A stretch of DNA of 61,907 nucleotides, the filler included, from Trichosphaerium sp. ATCC 40318 (Eukaryota > Protista > Tubulinea): NCBI GenBank assembly GCA_038496445.1. It is 4 parts of 4 records of this genome, joined end to end, with 100 filler letters (N's around TTAATTAATTAA, not from the genome) between each part and the next. Parts side by side here need not be neighbours in the genome. Positions count along the whole stretch, not along the records: positions 31,472 to 53,576 come from JALMLS010000563.1; positions 53,677 to 61,907 come from JALMLS010000158.1; 2 more parts are not named here. One strand, given 5' to 3'. Shown piece by piece: positions 50,501 through 61,907 of the stretch. The notes beneath the pieces were generated by a model. The model was not told the DNA's origin, ran no database searches, and saw only the letters and a program-made list of their open reading frames with translations. The position numbers and the translations under genes were made by a program. Numbering within the stretch: the stretch's first letter is position 1; every line of letters begins with the position of its first letter.

Positions 50501-51983
50501 TCCTTGTATGGGAATATGCTTCGTACTGCTCCTGAATCTACAATGGTTTCCATAGTGACTCTTTCTGTTTTGTTTGCAAAGGTGGCTAATGTGGATAGCA
50601 CCGATGTTGCCTGACTATTTGCTGACTTGATCATATAAACTGGATAGTTACCATTTTCTTCTTCAAACTCATCATTGTAATCATCATATATATTGGGTTT
50701 GTTGTCATAGTATTGGTCCTTTCCCTCGTTTGTAATCATTCGTATGTACTGTCCTTGTTGTTGGTTACGGGATCGTTGTCCCTGAAATCGTTGGTTTGAT
50801 CGGTTATTGTTATTATTGAATCTGCGGCGAAATCCATTGCCTCGTCTTGGTCGTTGTTGATAACGGTTATACTGAGGGTTATAACGAAATGGTCCTTGTT
50901 GTCTGTTGTTAAATTGTCTTCGTCTTTGTTGGTTAGGGCAATTGCGAGCTATGTGTCCGGTTCCATTGCAGTTATAACATCTGATGTTTGGATTGTTCGG
51001 TTGTTGTACTACATTAATAGTGCTTGGTACCGGTGTCGGTGTTGGAGCTTGTACCGTGGCCTTCATAGTACTCATGACATTGACATGAAACATAGCTACC
51101 TCAGCGGCCTCTTGGGCTGATGCTGGTCTTTGTAAAAGCACATATTGTGCCAATTCTGAGGGCATAAGCTTTAAGCAAAATGCATCTCTGAGTTGTGTTG
51201 GATCGTGAATGCGTGCTTCTCGTGCTGCAATGTGGAATCGTCCGCTAAAACTACCAATATCCTCTCCCAACTGCATTTTTAATGATGCAAACTCATGCTT
51301 TTTCAAAACTGCATTTGTTTTTCTGCCATAACGCTCTAACAGGTTTTTAACAATCTGGGTCCAAGCCATACTCGAGATGCTTGAACCGTCAGCAGGCTTG
51401 ATACGGTCGAGTGCTTCACCAGTGATGTGGTTACACAAAACAATTTCGTATTGGGTAATTTCCCAGTTACTGAAAGTACTTATGGACTTGATCTTATCAA
51501 GCCAATCCTCAACGCTGATTTTGTCTACTAATCTGTCACCTGTGAAGGCGCGTAGAGAACCTTTAGGTATTGATGGGTATTTTGGTTGGACATAAACAGG
51601 AAGTTCATTCGCTAAAATCGGATTTCCGTCCTCTCCTACTGCTGCAACGCGTGCTTTAAAAACTGGCTTATACACCTCGATGGCGTCGTTGATATCCACT
51701 AACTGTTCTAACATACTAATTCCTGACTAGACTTCTTCGGCACAGAAAACGGCTGTGATCACTTAACTATATTGGACGTGCTTAATTGATAAAAGTAAGC
51801 AGGTAAAAATCTGACAGTGTCGCCAAATGTTATGATGCAGATTTATTATCAAAGCGTGTTTATTAAGAATTACGACAATTACAAAAGTTACAAAGCGAGA
51901 AATAATATTGTGGTATTTGATTCAGTGAAAGAGAAAAGGGACTTCGCTGAAGATATGAATCTTAAGTTAGGTACAACTTAACA
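44506..51983 (-). mobile_element. Gypsy family A copy 2: 3'-truncated (no PPT or 3' LTR), decayed, with a MITE insertion
   Basis: Near-identical to copy 1 in inverted orientation; 5' LTR 51828-51983; frameshift near 49690, stops near 49633 and at 47244; homology ends within ORF3 at IPEEY. Confidence 0.97.
45607..46533. mobile_element. MITE A copy 1 (927 bp), inserted in the integrase tail
   Basis: TIR CAGGGCTGAAACTAAA.AAGGC; absent from Gypsy copy 1 (empty site); flanks CG / TG; AGGCATTGCC arrays. Confidence 0.95.
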
Positions 51984-52359
51984 TCATTGGCTAGTACTAC
52001 GCACTCACAGTGTTGTAACATAAGAATGCAAATACATCAATTCAAAGCAACGTGTAAATAAAATTAACTTGACCTATCCATGCTAGCACTGGAATAGTAT
52101 CGACAAGGCAGATTATTATAATGTATGCGAAGCCATGGCATTAAACACAAGCAATATTATTGTAGGCTTTATTTACGCCACAACAAATATAACAAAACTT
52201 GGCAAAATCACATGCATTTAAATTGTGTACGCCTAACGGACTGATAAAATAATATTGGGCCGAGTCCGTAACTGTATCTCATTCAAATTATTACTTACTC
52301 GAAATTTTATACTGAGTGCTCTGCTTTCTTAGCTAGTTTGACTCAGGCCTTTTTAAAGT

Positions 52360-53576
52360 CACATGAATTTTTTTATTAGTTTTGCTGACATTCTTCTTTT
52401 TTTTCAAGTTCATCAAAAAAAGTGAGTTAAAAGTTCTATGTTTTATGTTGATTCATAGGGTTTCAAACAGTTTGTAGCAATTAAACCAGGAATGGCATCA
52501 CATACAAATCCTTGACTTATTTTTGAAAACCTGTCATAACCGGAACCTCTAAACAATAATAACCATTGGTGATGTTGCATAAAAAACTGACATACTCATT
52601 ACTGGTTGTCCCTTCCAGAATACCATCGCTGTCAACAGGTGCTCTGGTCATTAACCCGATACCCCATGTAATTGAACGGCGGGTATGTACAGGATCACGG
52701 TAATTAACAGTCATTCCCGGTAAGGCTGGCTAGTGAAACAGTTAGGTGAACATGCAACCAAAAAACTAAATCGGAATACGAACGTTTCCACACAATTTTC
52801 TAGCACCCGTCACAGCAGAATGTGAGGCACAGTTATGGAATAATATACCCATCGCTGTATTTCCACAGCATTGAGGTATCTCGTTGTACCATTCGGAAAC
52901 AAAAGATTGAAAAGGATTCTCACAGTTATCTGAGCGTTCCACGTTCCATGATACTTTTCCTTGAAAACAAAAGTTAAGTTTACTTGTATTTCACAAAATC
53001 ACGGTACCTGGGGTGGTGTATATTATTGCATTTTGAATCGTGACATGCAATCTCTAGAACATGTCAAAAGTTAGAAACAGGAAAGGTCTTCTTTTTCGTT
53101 ACCACATCCATTTCAAACCAAACATTCAGACTTGTGACAGCTAATTAATATGATAAGAGATTGAAAAGAGTATAAATCTACAACAAGTACCTTCTGCAAT
53201 ACGATTTGCAGCTTTTTCAATACTTCCAGAAGCCCTTACATAAGCAACAGTTACAATAACACTCTATTTGTACAGATTGTTAACGGTAATACAGTTCATA
53301 CATCAAACTCACAAGTGTAACTTCATGGACTTGTGATGGACAAGGATCAGGAGGAGGCGAAAGAGGTGCCTTATCTCCAACAGCTGGTCCTCTCTTTGTG
53401 TTTTGATACGATAATTCAGGTTCTCTAAAATTATACAACGTGATTTCAAAGTGGAATAATAACTAATATTAATTACCTGAATACCAAGTGAGAACCATTT
53501 CCAATCAAAGACTTGTGACGAGGATGCATGAACAACACGTGCCTAATTTTATTCATTTGTAATATCCTATTGTGGC
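52360..53576 (-). CDS. Paralogue 2 of the 42.8-44.5 kb gene, 3' exons; 5' part lies in the gap
   Basis: Exon-by-exon nucleotide similarity to 43240-43990. Confidence 0.65.
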
Positions 53577-53676
53577 NNNNNNNNNNNNNNNNNNNNNNNN
53601 NNNNNNNNNNNNNNNNNNNNTTAATTAATTAANNNNNNNNNNNNNNNNNNNNNNNNNNNNNNNNNNNNNNNNNNNN
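53577..53676. other. Scaffold gap with artificial linker
   Basis: 100-nt N block with TTAATTAATTAA. Confidence 0.99.
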
Positions 53677-55155
53677 AAAAAGTGACTTCCAGCATCACCA
53701 AGTCAATCAAGGCAAAAGCATGATTCCTACAGAGTTCCAAACCTTCATTCTCTTTCTTTTCAGACAGTTGATAAAATATGCTGATTTAATTGAAAGAACC
53801 AAGCTCAAAGCCACTCACTACATTGACAGAGTTATTCTACACAGCAATCAAATCAAAGATGCAGCATTTGAATACCAGAGATATCTCATCACTCTTTGTG
53901 TTATGCTTTCTGGTGGACAAAGAAGACAAGTTGTTGCCAATATAAAAGTGGCTGATTTAAAATTCAGACCAGGTGATAAATCTCTTGAATTTGCTCTCAG
54001 TGTTGAAAAGAAGCAAAGGAGAAACAACTCCATGGCTCTCTCTGTACGTTCAACACGTTTCGTCTTCGCACACGTGTTTCGCGTGTTCGGTTTTGGACCG
54101 CGAGCTCGCGGTCGCATTCGAACACGTTAAAACTCTGTTCATTTTTTTGTATTTTTCACTCGTTCTGACTTGCTTTTGTTTGTAGATGGATAACAAGCTG
54201 TACACTTATGTTGCTTTGTGGTACAACAACTATAGAAAGCTGTTGGTTGATGTGAATGCCACCCATCCTGTTCTTCAATTTTGGGTAAACAAAATAGGCA
54301 CTCCAATGGACAACAATTCAATAAGTAAGATGGTCAAACATGTTGGAAAGAAATTCAATCCTTTTGTCACCAACCTCTCTTGCTCCACTGTAAAGCACAT
54401 TACTTTGACCAAACTCTTTGCTGGAGAGTATGCTAGCCATTGCCCTGCTGTCAACTTTCAAAGCTTGGGTATGGAGATAACCAGACTTCTCAACACTTCC
54501 TTGAAGACTGCCAACAAATACTACAATGACTTTGACTCTCAAATACAAGATGAGTATGGGTTTTTTGGTTTTTTTTTTCTTTTTAGAGAACTCACCCTTT
54601 TTTTTTTTTTTGTAGAGCCACATTAACAATGATCAATAAAGAAGCTTTGGAACCTATTGCTGATGCCATAGAAATTCCTGAACACTTGGAAGAGCTCATT
54701 GACAAAACCAAACTTCCAGCCATAGTGAGAGACACACTGTCCAGGCCTGTTCGAGTAGATCCAGACCTACGAAATGCTGTGTCTGAAAAAGATGTCTCTT
54801 TTTATGAACCTGAAGGGGCCAAAACTGTGCTTTACCATCAAAGTACTTACTTTTACCACTATTGATACAATAGATAGATTGCTTTTTATTTTTTACTGAG
54901 TTTTTTTTTTTTTTTGTAGATGCACATAAGTTATCCAAAATAATGGCTGTCTTTAAAAATGCATAAGGAGAATTGACATGCAAGGTACAATTAGCAGACA
55001 AATCCATTACTGTTTGGCCTTTTAAAAAGGTGGCCAAACACAACATGGCTGATTTGCAACAAGCCATGTTGAAAGAGCTTCAAGAGAGAGATGACAACTA
55101 TGAGCTTGTCAAAGCAGAGCTAAAAAAAGCCAAAAACCAGGAATTAGAGGCGTGA
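53677..55155 (+). CDS. Tyrosine recombinase (phage-integrase fold), intron-containing; 5' end in gap, one in-frame stop near 54964
   Basis: Box I LSGGQRRQVVANIKVADL; catalytic-K region LSVEKKQR; FWVNKIGTPMDNNSISKMVK; box II STVKHITLT...LLNTSLKTANKYY; in-frame intron 54044-54185. Confidence 0.8.
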
Positions 55156-55333
55156 TCATGAAAATCTCCACTTTTTTTTTTCAAAATCTCCACTTTTTTA
55201 TTTTGTCCCAATAGTTGTTTTACACCTTAATATACTCCCCAAAGCCACTACAGCATTGTTTCAAAGTGTAACACAATACTACTAATGTCATAGACCTTCA
55301 GACAACTTAATAAATAAGAAAAAAATGGTATAT

Positions 55334-57512
55334 TTATTGAGTTGCTCCAAAGCGTTGTACAGGCACTGAAACACGCTTTGTATGCTGTGTTTGTAAGCGC
55401 TGTTTTAATACAACCTCTCCATCAGGTAGCACTTGTTTAACTTCATGGCTTAAACCAGCTGTAAGTCCAAGAGCTTTTTTTTGTTTTTTGATGATAATTC
55501 TTTTCTTTTTAGTACCAGAAAGAAGGGGTTTTTTGTGTCGTACAATGATCACAGTCTTTCTCTTTTTTTTAGGTGGTACCATTGAAGGTTTTAGGCTTTT
55601 GCGCTTGCTATTTGCTTTCTTCTTTTTTTCTTCCTTTCTTTCTTTTTCTTCCCGTTTTTTTCTTTTTTTGTCAATTTTGTGTTGCATACTCAAGACCAGA
55701 GGAGTATTGTTTACTTCTACAAATAAAACATTAACATTATTTAAAGAACGTTGTAAGAGTTGGTAGTACTTTTTTGTTCATCTTTTTTTAAAGCAGCTTG
55801 TTTCCTTTTTTCTGTAGTAGAATGAGGGGTACCACTGCCTTTAACACCTTCTATAACACGGAGTGCTTCGTTACAACTGGCTACAGTGTATTTGACAAGA
55901 GTGTCAACTACGTGATCAGTGATACTTCCTTTGGCACCATATAATTTAAGCACCTGTTGAACATCGCTGTTGTTGCCTTCACTAATATTATTGGTTCGAT
56001 TATTGAGATGTTCTGGGTTGTTACAACAAAACTGAGCCCATGTCTTAGGAGGAAACCTATAAGAATGTAAGCAACATATATAGAACCAATAAAACGTGTA
56101 CTTGCTGACATCATTGCTTGGTGCTACATAATTGTCTTCTAAATATTGCATATATTTTTTGATATTACCACCTGCTATTATAGCATCCTGTAAATAACAA
56201 CCATTAGTACTACAACCACTCAAAATACAACGTACCTCTTTGAATTTATTCCAAAGCTTCCAAAACTGCTTTTCCTCCGGACAAGTTGTTAAATCCTTAC
56301 TAAACTGGGTACACCAAGCATATTCGGCCTTGTTCTTTTCTCCACCCAACCCACATTTCATACGGTTCCTTCTATGAGCTTCTGCCACATGAAATAAACA
56401 GTGGTAGACAGGCATATCATCTCCCCAAACTTTGAAAGCAGCTAAGCGTTAAATTAACATTTTTTCAGTCAGTTTTTTTACCTTTTTTCAAATTCACCTC
56501 ACAGTCGGCCATCATCCGTAAAAAGACAGGACCAAAAACTTCATTTAGATGCTCAAAGGCATACACATACTCTGGTAATGTTTTACCTTCTGTTAAAGCC
56601 CATCCGATATTAGTTCCCTTAGATGCAACAGGGCCAACAGCTTTCAACCAATACATCAATGTCTATAAAAAAAATAAGTATTTGCTGCAATTATAAATTG
56701 TGTCTTTTTCTTTACGTGAGATCCAGCATCCGTTGAGTTGTGAACAGCATCCACAAACAATGTTTGTTTATTCAACTGTTCTATTAAAGGTACAGCTAAA
56801 GGCTCAATGTATGATATGACAGTGTGTTTGGCCATATTTATATACACTGCTTCTCGGTACTTTAGTTTGATGTTTGCGAACACCTGTTGGCGTAAAGTAA
56901 GCCTTAAATAGCATATAAAAAAGATTATGATGCAAAAGGTACCTCAGGGTTTTTCCTTCCTTCTGCGCGTTGCAGACGCACTCTATACGTTAGCGCATTG
57001 TTTGTTGGTACTATGGAAGCATTTAAAGGGTTTTTCGCAGCAGATAAAGTATTAATAGCCTAAACAGCAATTAAATACTTTAAAAACACCTTGCTACGCA
57101 CAATCACCCTTTTAGACACTCCTTTTTTATAATCTGTTTGAATTTCGTGTCCAATGGAATATTTCAACTTAAAGTTCTTTACTGGATCTGGAGTGCACCT
57201 GGGAACATGTTCTACACTTTTTAAACAACATTTTCTACAAAGAAACTCACGTTTTGTTAACTTCACCATGCCTATTTTGCCAACTTTTGTTTTGTGAGAG
57301 TGTATGTTTAAGCGTGCTGAACATTCCGAGTGATTGCATTCAAAATAGTATGAAATCTTCTCAGGGTTTTTTTTATGAGGCTTGCTGCCCTTTCGAGTAA
57401 ATTGGTACCCATGTGAGCGTGCAGAGCTTGTGTAAACAATTGCACGCTCATTTGGCACCCAATCTATTAAATTAAGGTCTCCCACGCCTGGGTCTATTAC
57501 AACAGCTGCCAT
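55334..57512 (-). CDS. Mutator-like (MULE) DDE transposase, multi-exon
   Basis: N-terminal WRKY/FLYWCH-like finger YFECNHSECSARL; LFVDAVH, MMADCE, YHCLFHV (CxxH), RTNNISEGNN; basic C-terminal tail. Confidence 0.88.
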
Positions 57513-57574
57513 GCCATGATTGCACTCGTTTTTACTGGTTACTTTTTTTGGCGCTAAGTTTGCCTTCCCTTATC

Positions 57575-58040
57575 TAATACCATGTCACCTTTAGTTATTT
57601 CGTGTTACTCTTAGTAAGGTACACTGTGTTACTCTTAGTTTATTCCGTGTTACCTTTAGTTTATTCCACGTTACTTAGTAAGGTACACCATGTCACCCTT
57701 AGTTTATCCCGTGTTACTCTCAGGTCATACCTTTATGTTACTCTTAGTTTATTCCGTGTTACCCTTAGTTTATTCCATGTTACTTAGTAAGGTACACTGT
57801 GTTACTCTTAGTTTATTCCATGTTACCCTTAGTTTATTCCGTGTTACTCTCAATTTATTCCGTGTTACTCTTAGGTCATACCATGTCACCTTTAGTTATT
57901 CCGTGTTACTCTTAGTAAGTACACTGTGTTACTCTTAGTTTATTCCGTGTTATTTAGTAAGGTACACCATGTCACCCTTAATTTATTCCGTGTTACTCTT
58001 AGATCATACCATGTCACCCTTAGGTCATTCTGTGTCAGTT
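57575..58040. repeat. Array of ~21-24-bp tandem units, probable subterminal repeats of the MULE element
   Basis: TTAGTTTATTCCGTGTTACTC and variants repeated immediately upstream of the transposase start. Confidence 0.85.
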
Positions 58041-58215
58041 ACATCATACCATTTCTTGTAGAGCAGGTATTCTGTGACTTTTAGTAATGTCCATGTCCTT
58101 AAGGTATACCTTAGGTGTTATAAACTCGATTACCAAAATGAGTGTTTTAATGCTAGAAGAGTAGTTGGAGCTCACTAAGAACTTGAACTGAGTTTGAATG
58201 TGACAACTACTGGAG

Positions 58216-59142
58216 CAGGGCTGAAACTAAATAAGGCTTTTTTTGCAAAAGCCTTTTTTTTGCCACCAAATACAGCCTTATTTTTCACCAAATTGCCTTG
58301 TTTTTGCCAAAAAAAATGAGCAAATATGAGGCATTGCCTTGTAATTTTGGGCTTTGAAGCCTCATATTTGGGCCAAATAGCAAGCAACTGGTTCACTAAT
58401 TAGCCTTAAAATAGCCTGCATTGTTGGTCCAATAATGCCTCAATTTTTGTGCAACAATAAGGCATTTTTGCCCTCAATTTTGGGCATAACCCAGCACCAT
58501 ATACTCATAAAACAAGGCTTTATATAGGCATACAATAGTGATTCATTTATTAAAGTACAGTACACAAAACACAAAAAACTGCAATGTCCTCCATGTGAAT
58601 AAAAACCTTTAGCTTAAAAAAAAAATTAACAAATTATTGGGAAAATTTTCATGGACTGGAAAAATGGTTTAATGTACCTGTACTACTGTTGTAGGTGGAT
58701 TTGGGTGCTGCGGTTTGAATGGCGGTGGTTTCGTTAGAATCCATAAAATACTAAGCGCGTGGTGACGTCGTCTATATAAAATGTCAGTAGTAAATGAAAA
58801 AAAATGTTTAGGAAGTGATGGTGTGGTGGAAACTTACCTTAAACCAATGTATCCTTAATGTACAATGTGTACACAACCAATGCCTAATTGGTGCCTGTAA
58901 ATTTAAGGCTGGCAATGCATAAAAAAACTAGGGCAGGCATTGCCTAAAAAAAACAAGGCATTGCAACAATTAAGGCATTGCCCAACAAAGCTTTATTTCA
59001 ATGCCTGATTTTTGCCTTTTCTGCCATTGCCTTTGCAAAATCAGGCATTGCCATTTTTGCATGCCTGATTTTTGCCATCAATGCCTGATTTTAAAAAAAT
59101 GCCTTCATATTTAAGGCAAAGCCTTGTTTAGTTTCAGCCCTG
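58216..59142. mobile_element. MITE A copy 2
   Basis: Near-identical to 45607-46533; 2-bp TSD AG/AG. Confidence 0.95.
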
Positions 59143-59615
59143 AGTTGCTACATATTCTTGACCCAGTCAATACCTCGATTAACTTTATTACACTCATTGT
59201 TGGTGTTGTAATGTTAAAAGAGCACATCAAGCATGATGCTATGTTATGAAGGTTGTAGACTATGTGATGAAAGCAACACACATCATTTCTACACTCCAAA
59301 CGAGCGTTCTAATGCTAGAAAAGAACATGCGGTTTGGTACACAAGTAGTTGTTGCCCACTCAGGGCTTCAACTCATGTTGTATTGAACTGTTTGCCACTC
59401 AGGGCTACAAGCTCAATTTTCAACATGTTTAATGGACAATGACTTGATCGACATCTCTTTATCAATCTGTCATTTCATTTGACAGAGATAAGATGAAGGA
59501 GGAGTACAGGTGTCCATGTTGTACAATAAACATTGATCCATTCAGGACAATATTGTATTGTGACAATGTCTGTGTTCTAATGATACAAAGCACTTGAGAG
59601 TATTTTGTGTCACTA

Positions 59616-60644
59616 CAGTGGTAAAATGAAAACGGGATTTTGGATATAAATCCCACTAAATTCCTTTGTTTTAGGGATTTTTAAGGTAATTTGTGAAGAA
59701 TTCTTATTTTTATTTTTTTTTATGACAGGATTTTTGATAGAATTACCATAATATTCCCTTAAATATGGAATTTTCAGAATTATTGTACAAAATCCACCAA
59801 ATAATGTACTAATTTAGTTAGGGTTAGGGTTAGGGCTAGGGTTGAGGTTTATGAAAGTACAAATTAAGTTAGGGTTAGGGTTTAGTTTTATATTTGCAAA
59901 AAACCATCAACTCCTTAGGTACATAGGTTTTTCTAGCAAACAATATCCACATGCTATTATTAAAGGTGAAAAAACCAATGGTACAGGTTAAAGTGCGTTA
60001 ATCCAAAAAGTAACGGAGAACGCGTTTTAGGTGGTTTGGAAAATCACTTAAACATAAATATCTCTTACTTATCTGTTTTAGGATGATTAAAGCATTGCAA
60101 CAGCCTTATTACACCATTAAAGAATGTATTTAAAGCATTAACTCCAAATACGTTGTTTTTAAAGCTTATTTCCACTTAATTTATCAAAAAACCCTATGCG
60201 TTCTTAATTTAGCATTTACAAATGCATTAATTATTGTTCAGGCTCTCAAAACCAAATGCGATCAAATTACTTCTTTCGTTTATGAAGACACGATGTATTT
60301 AACTTGTACGTATTATTTAGGACGTTTGTATTTTGTAATGATCAATAAATAAAATGACTTTGCATTAAATCTGAACCAAAGTATCGAATAATATGTGTAA
60401 TTTATAAAGTATTTTTTATTGAAATCTACAAAAAATACATTAAGAAATGCTATAAAGAATACATAGAGAATTCTATATAAAATACATACGCAATTCCAAA
60501 AATAATACTCTAAGAATTCTATGAGTAATACTTACGGAATTTCATATAAATTCAATGGGAATTAAGGAAGAGTTTTTCCGTCTACTTTTCCCATAGGAAA
60601 ACAGGGTGGATTACTTAAAAATTCCCATTTCTATTTTACTACTG
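59616..60644. mobile_element. MITE C (CAGT termini, TA flanks) carrying TTAGGG repeats
   Basis: Imperfect TIRs CAGTGGTAAAATGAAAACGGGATTT / AATTCCCATTTCTATTTTACTACTG; TA on both sides. Confidence 0.8.
59818..59885 (+). repeat. Interstitial telomere-like TTAGGG repeats
   Basis: TTAGGGTTAGGGTTAGGGCTAGGG...TTAGGGTTAGGG. Confidence 0.85.
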
Positions 60645-61907
60645 TAACATCACACACTATTGAAGTGGTTGTGTTGCTGTATCTTTGAGAGTACAGTCTC
60701 ATAGCCCAAGAACTCGATTAACATTTCTACGCTCTGTACAAAAACGTGCGGTATAATGATAGAAGAGAACTCTTCATTCTGGGAGTGAACACAATATTAA
60801 AGCTGCAATTACCACACAACAACCAACTAGCATTGTCATCAGTGGATATACTAAGAGATGAGTTTAACTCGTCCTTTTCTATCACATAAGAAAGCTAGAG
60901 TAGCCATACTCGTGGTTTTTGTGTGTGTAAGCGCAACTAATGCTCATGTCTACTTTCCAGTTGGAAGTAAGAGGCTGGCATAGCAAAGAGGAATTACAGC
61001 CATGTGCTCAAAAACGCTCAAAAACTCAATAGAACCACATGTTTGGGCCAAAAGTGTCTTTTCTTGCGATAGAAGAATACATGCTACCCCTTTTCGTTAT
61101 GCCTTGATAAACAGTGTTCTGTAGTTACAAAACATTATCATCACCTCAGACGAAAGGTTGTGTTGGAGCCAGAAGTTGATTACCACTGCCTATGTTGCTA
61201 TGTTTATTACACATGTTTCATAGGGGCTTACGTGGTAGAAGACGACAGCATCCTAGGTCCTCGTGCTTACCGTCACACTTGAGCGCACTCCAGTATTTTG
61301 GGAGTGTTGCTTGGGCGTGATAGTCAGTCACCATAAATGTGCTACACGATGGGCGGAACCCATGGTCACCGTGCACTCCCTGTGGGCTTGTTCATCGGGT
61401 ACAACAAAAGGACTTTCAGACGTCACGCTTAGCTGCATTTTCTTCAAATGCATTTGCATTCGACTGATTCTTTTTTGTTTTCTCGATTGTGCCAAGGAAA
61501 AGAGATGCGATTTCTGCAGGCGCATTTCACTCAAATTTTTTCCTTGTTCTTCCGCGCAGGTAAATCGCCTAGCGTTTATGGGGGAATCTGATTTGGTTTA
61601 TGCCTCATAGTCTCTTCTCCATTTACGCCTCCATTAGGCTACACGGTTGTAAGACTGCGAATTTATTGAGTTTTCACGCAACACACTACACTCAACACAT
61701 TCTTATAACTCTGAATAGGCAGGTATTGTACGTTACAATAATTTTTTATTTTTATTTTTTTTTCTACAGTACAGCCGGCGACAAAAATCACGTGAAGGTA
61801 CAACAAGACTGTTTTTTTTTTTTGTAATATTGGGCTTTATTAATAAATTACAGGTTAAAAAACCATTGAGAGTATTTAAACCATATATAAAGGGAAGACA
61901 GCCCGTT

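Noticed and set aside
59818-59885. True telomere
   Set aside because: Short, degenerate and internal to a MITE
58120-61907. Possible degraded minus-strand gene(s) interrupted by MITEs
   Set aside because: Could not assemble a consistent frame or recognise a domain

Overview
Eukaryotic, AT-rich, intron-dense DNA (short GT-AG introns; probably a protist, possibly an amoebozoan - this is an inference) containing three 100-N scaffold gaps with an artificial TTAATTAATTAA spacer. Host genes seen: a BTB protein, a helical-repeat + PD-(D/E)XK nuclease protein, the RTF2 3' end, an ERGIC-53/VIP36-type lectin, an ankyrin-TBC RabGAP, an ankyrin protein, a small Cys-rich secreted protein, two paralogous genes of unknown function and an F-box/LRR pseudogene. 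About half of the window is mobile DNA. There are two inverted copies of one Ty3/Gypsy family (156-bp LTRs, single gag-pol plus an extra ORF3) and a second Gypsy family (79-bp LTRs, -1 frameshift signal, repeat-array leader) sitting in a splice donor. There is also a pogo-like transposon, several nested MITEs, and a Mutator-like transposase facing a tyrosine-recombinase gene. The best candidate for a new system is this Mutator + tyrosine recombinase unit. Its recombinase intron carries a CpG-rich palindrome, and a loosely related core is shared by two MITE families with different arms, suggesting a resolvase/res-site-like arrangement in eukaryotic DNA transposons. All protein family calls are by-eye motif recognition; no searches were run, and multi-exon gene ends are approximate.
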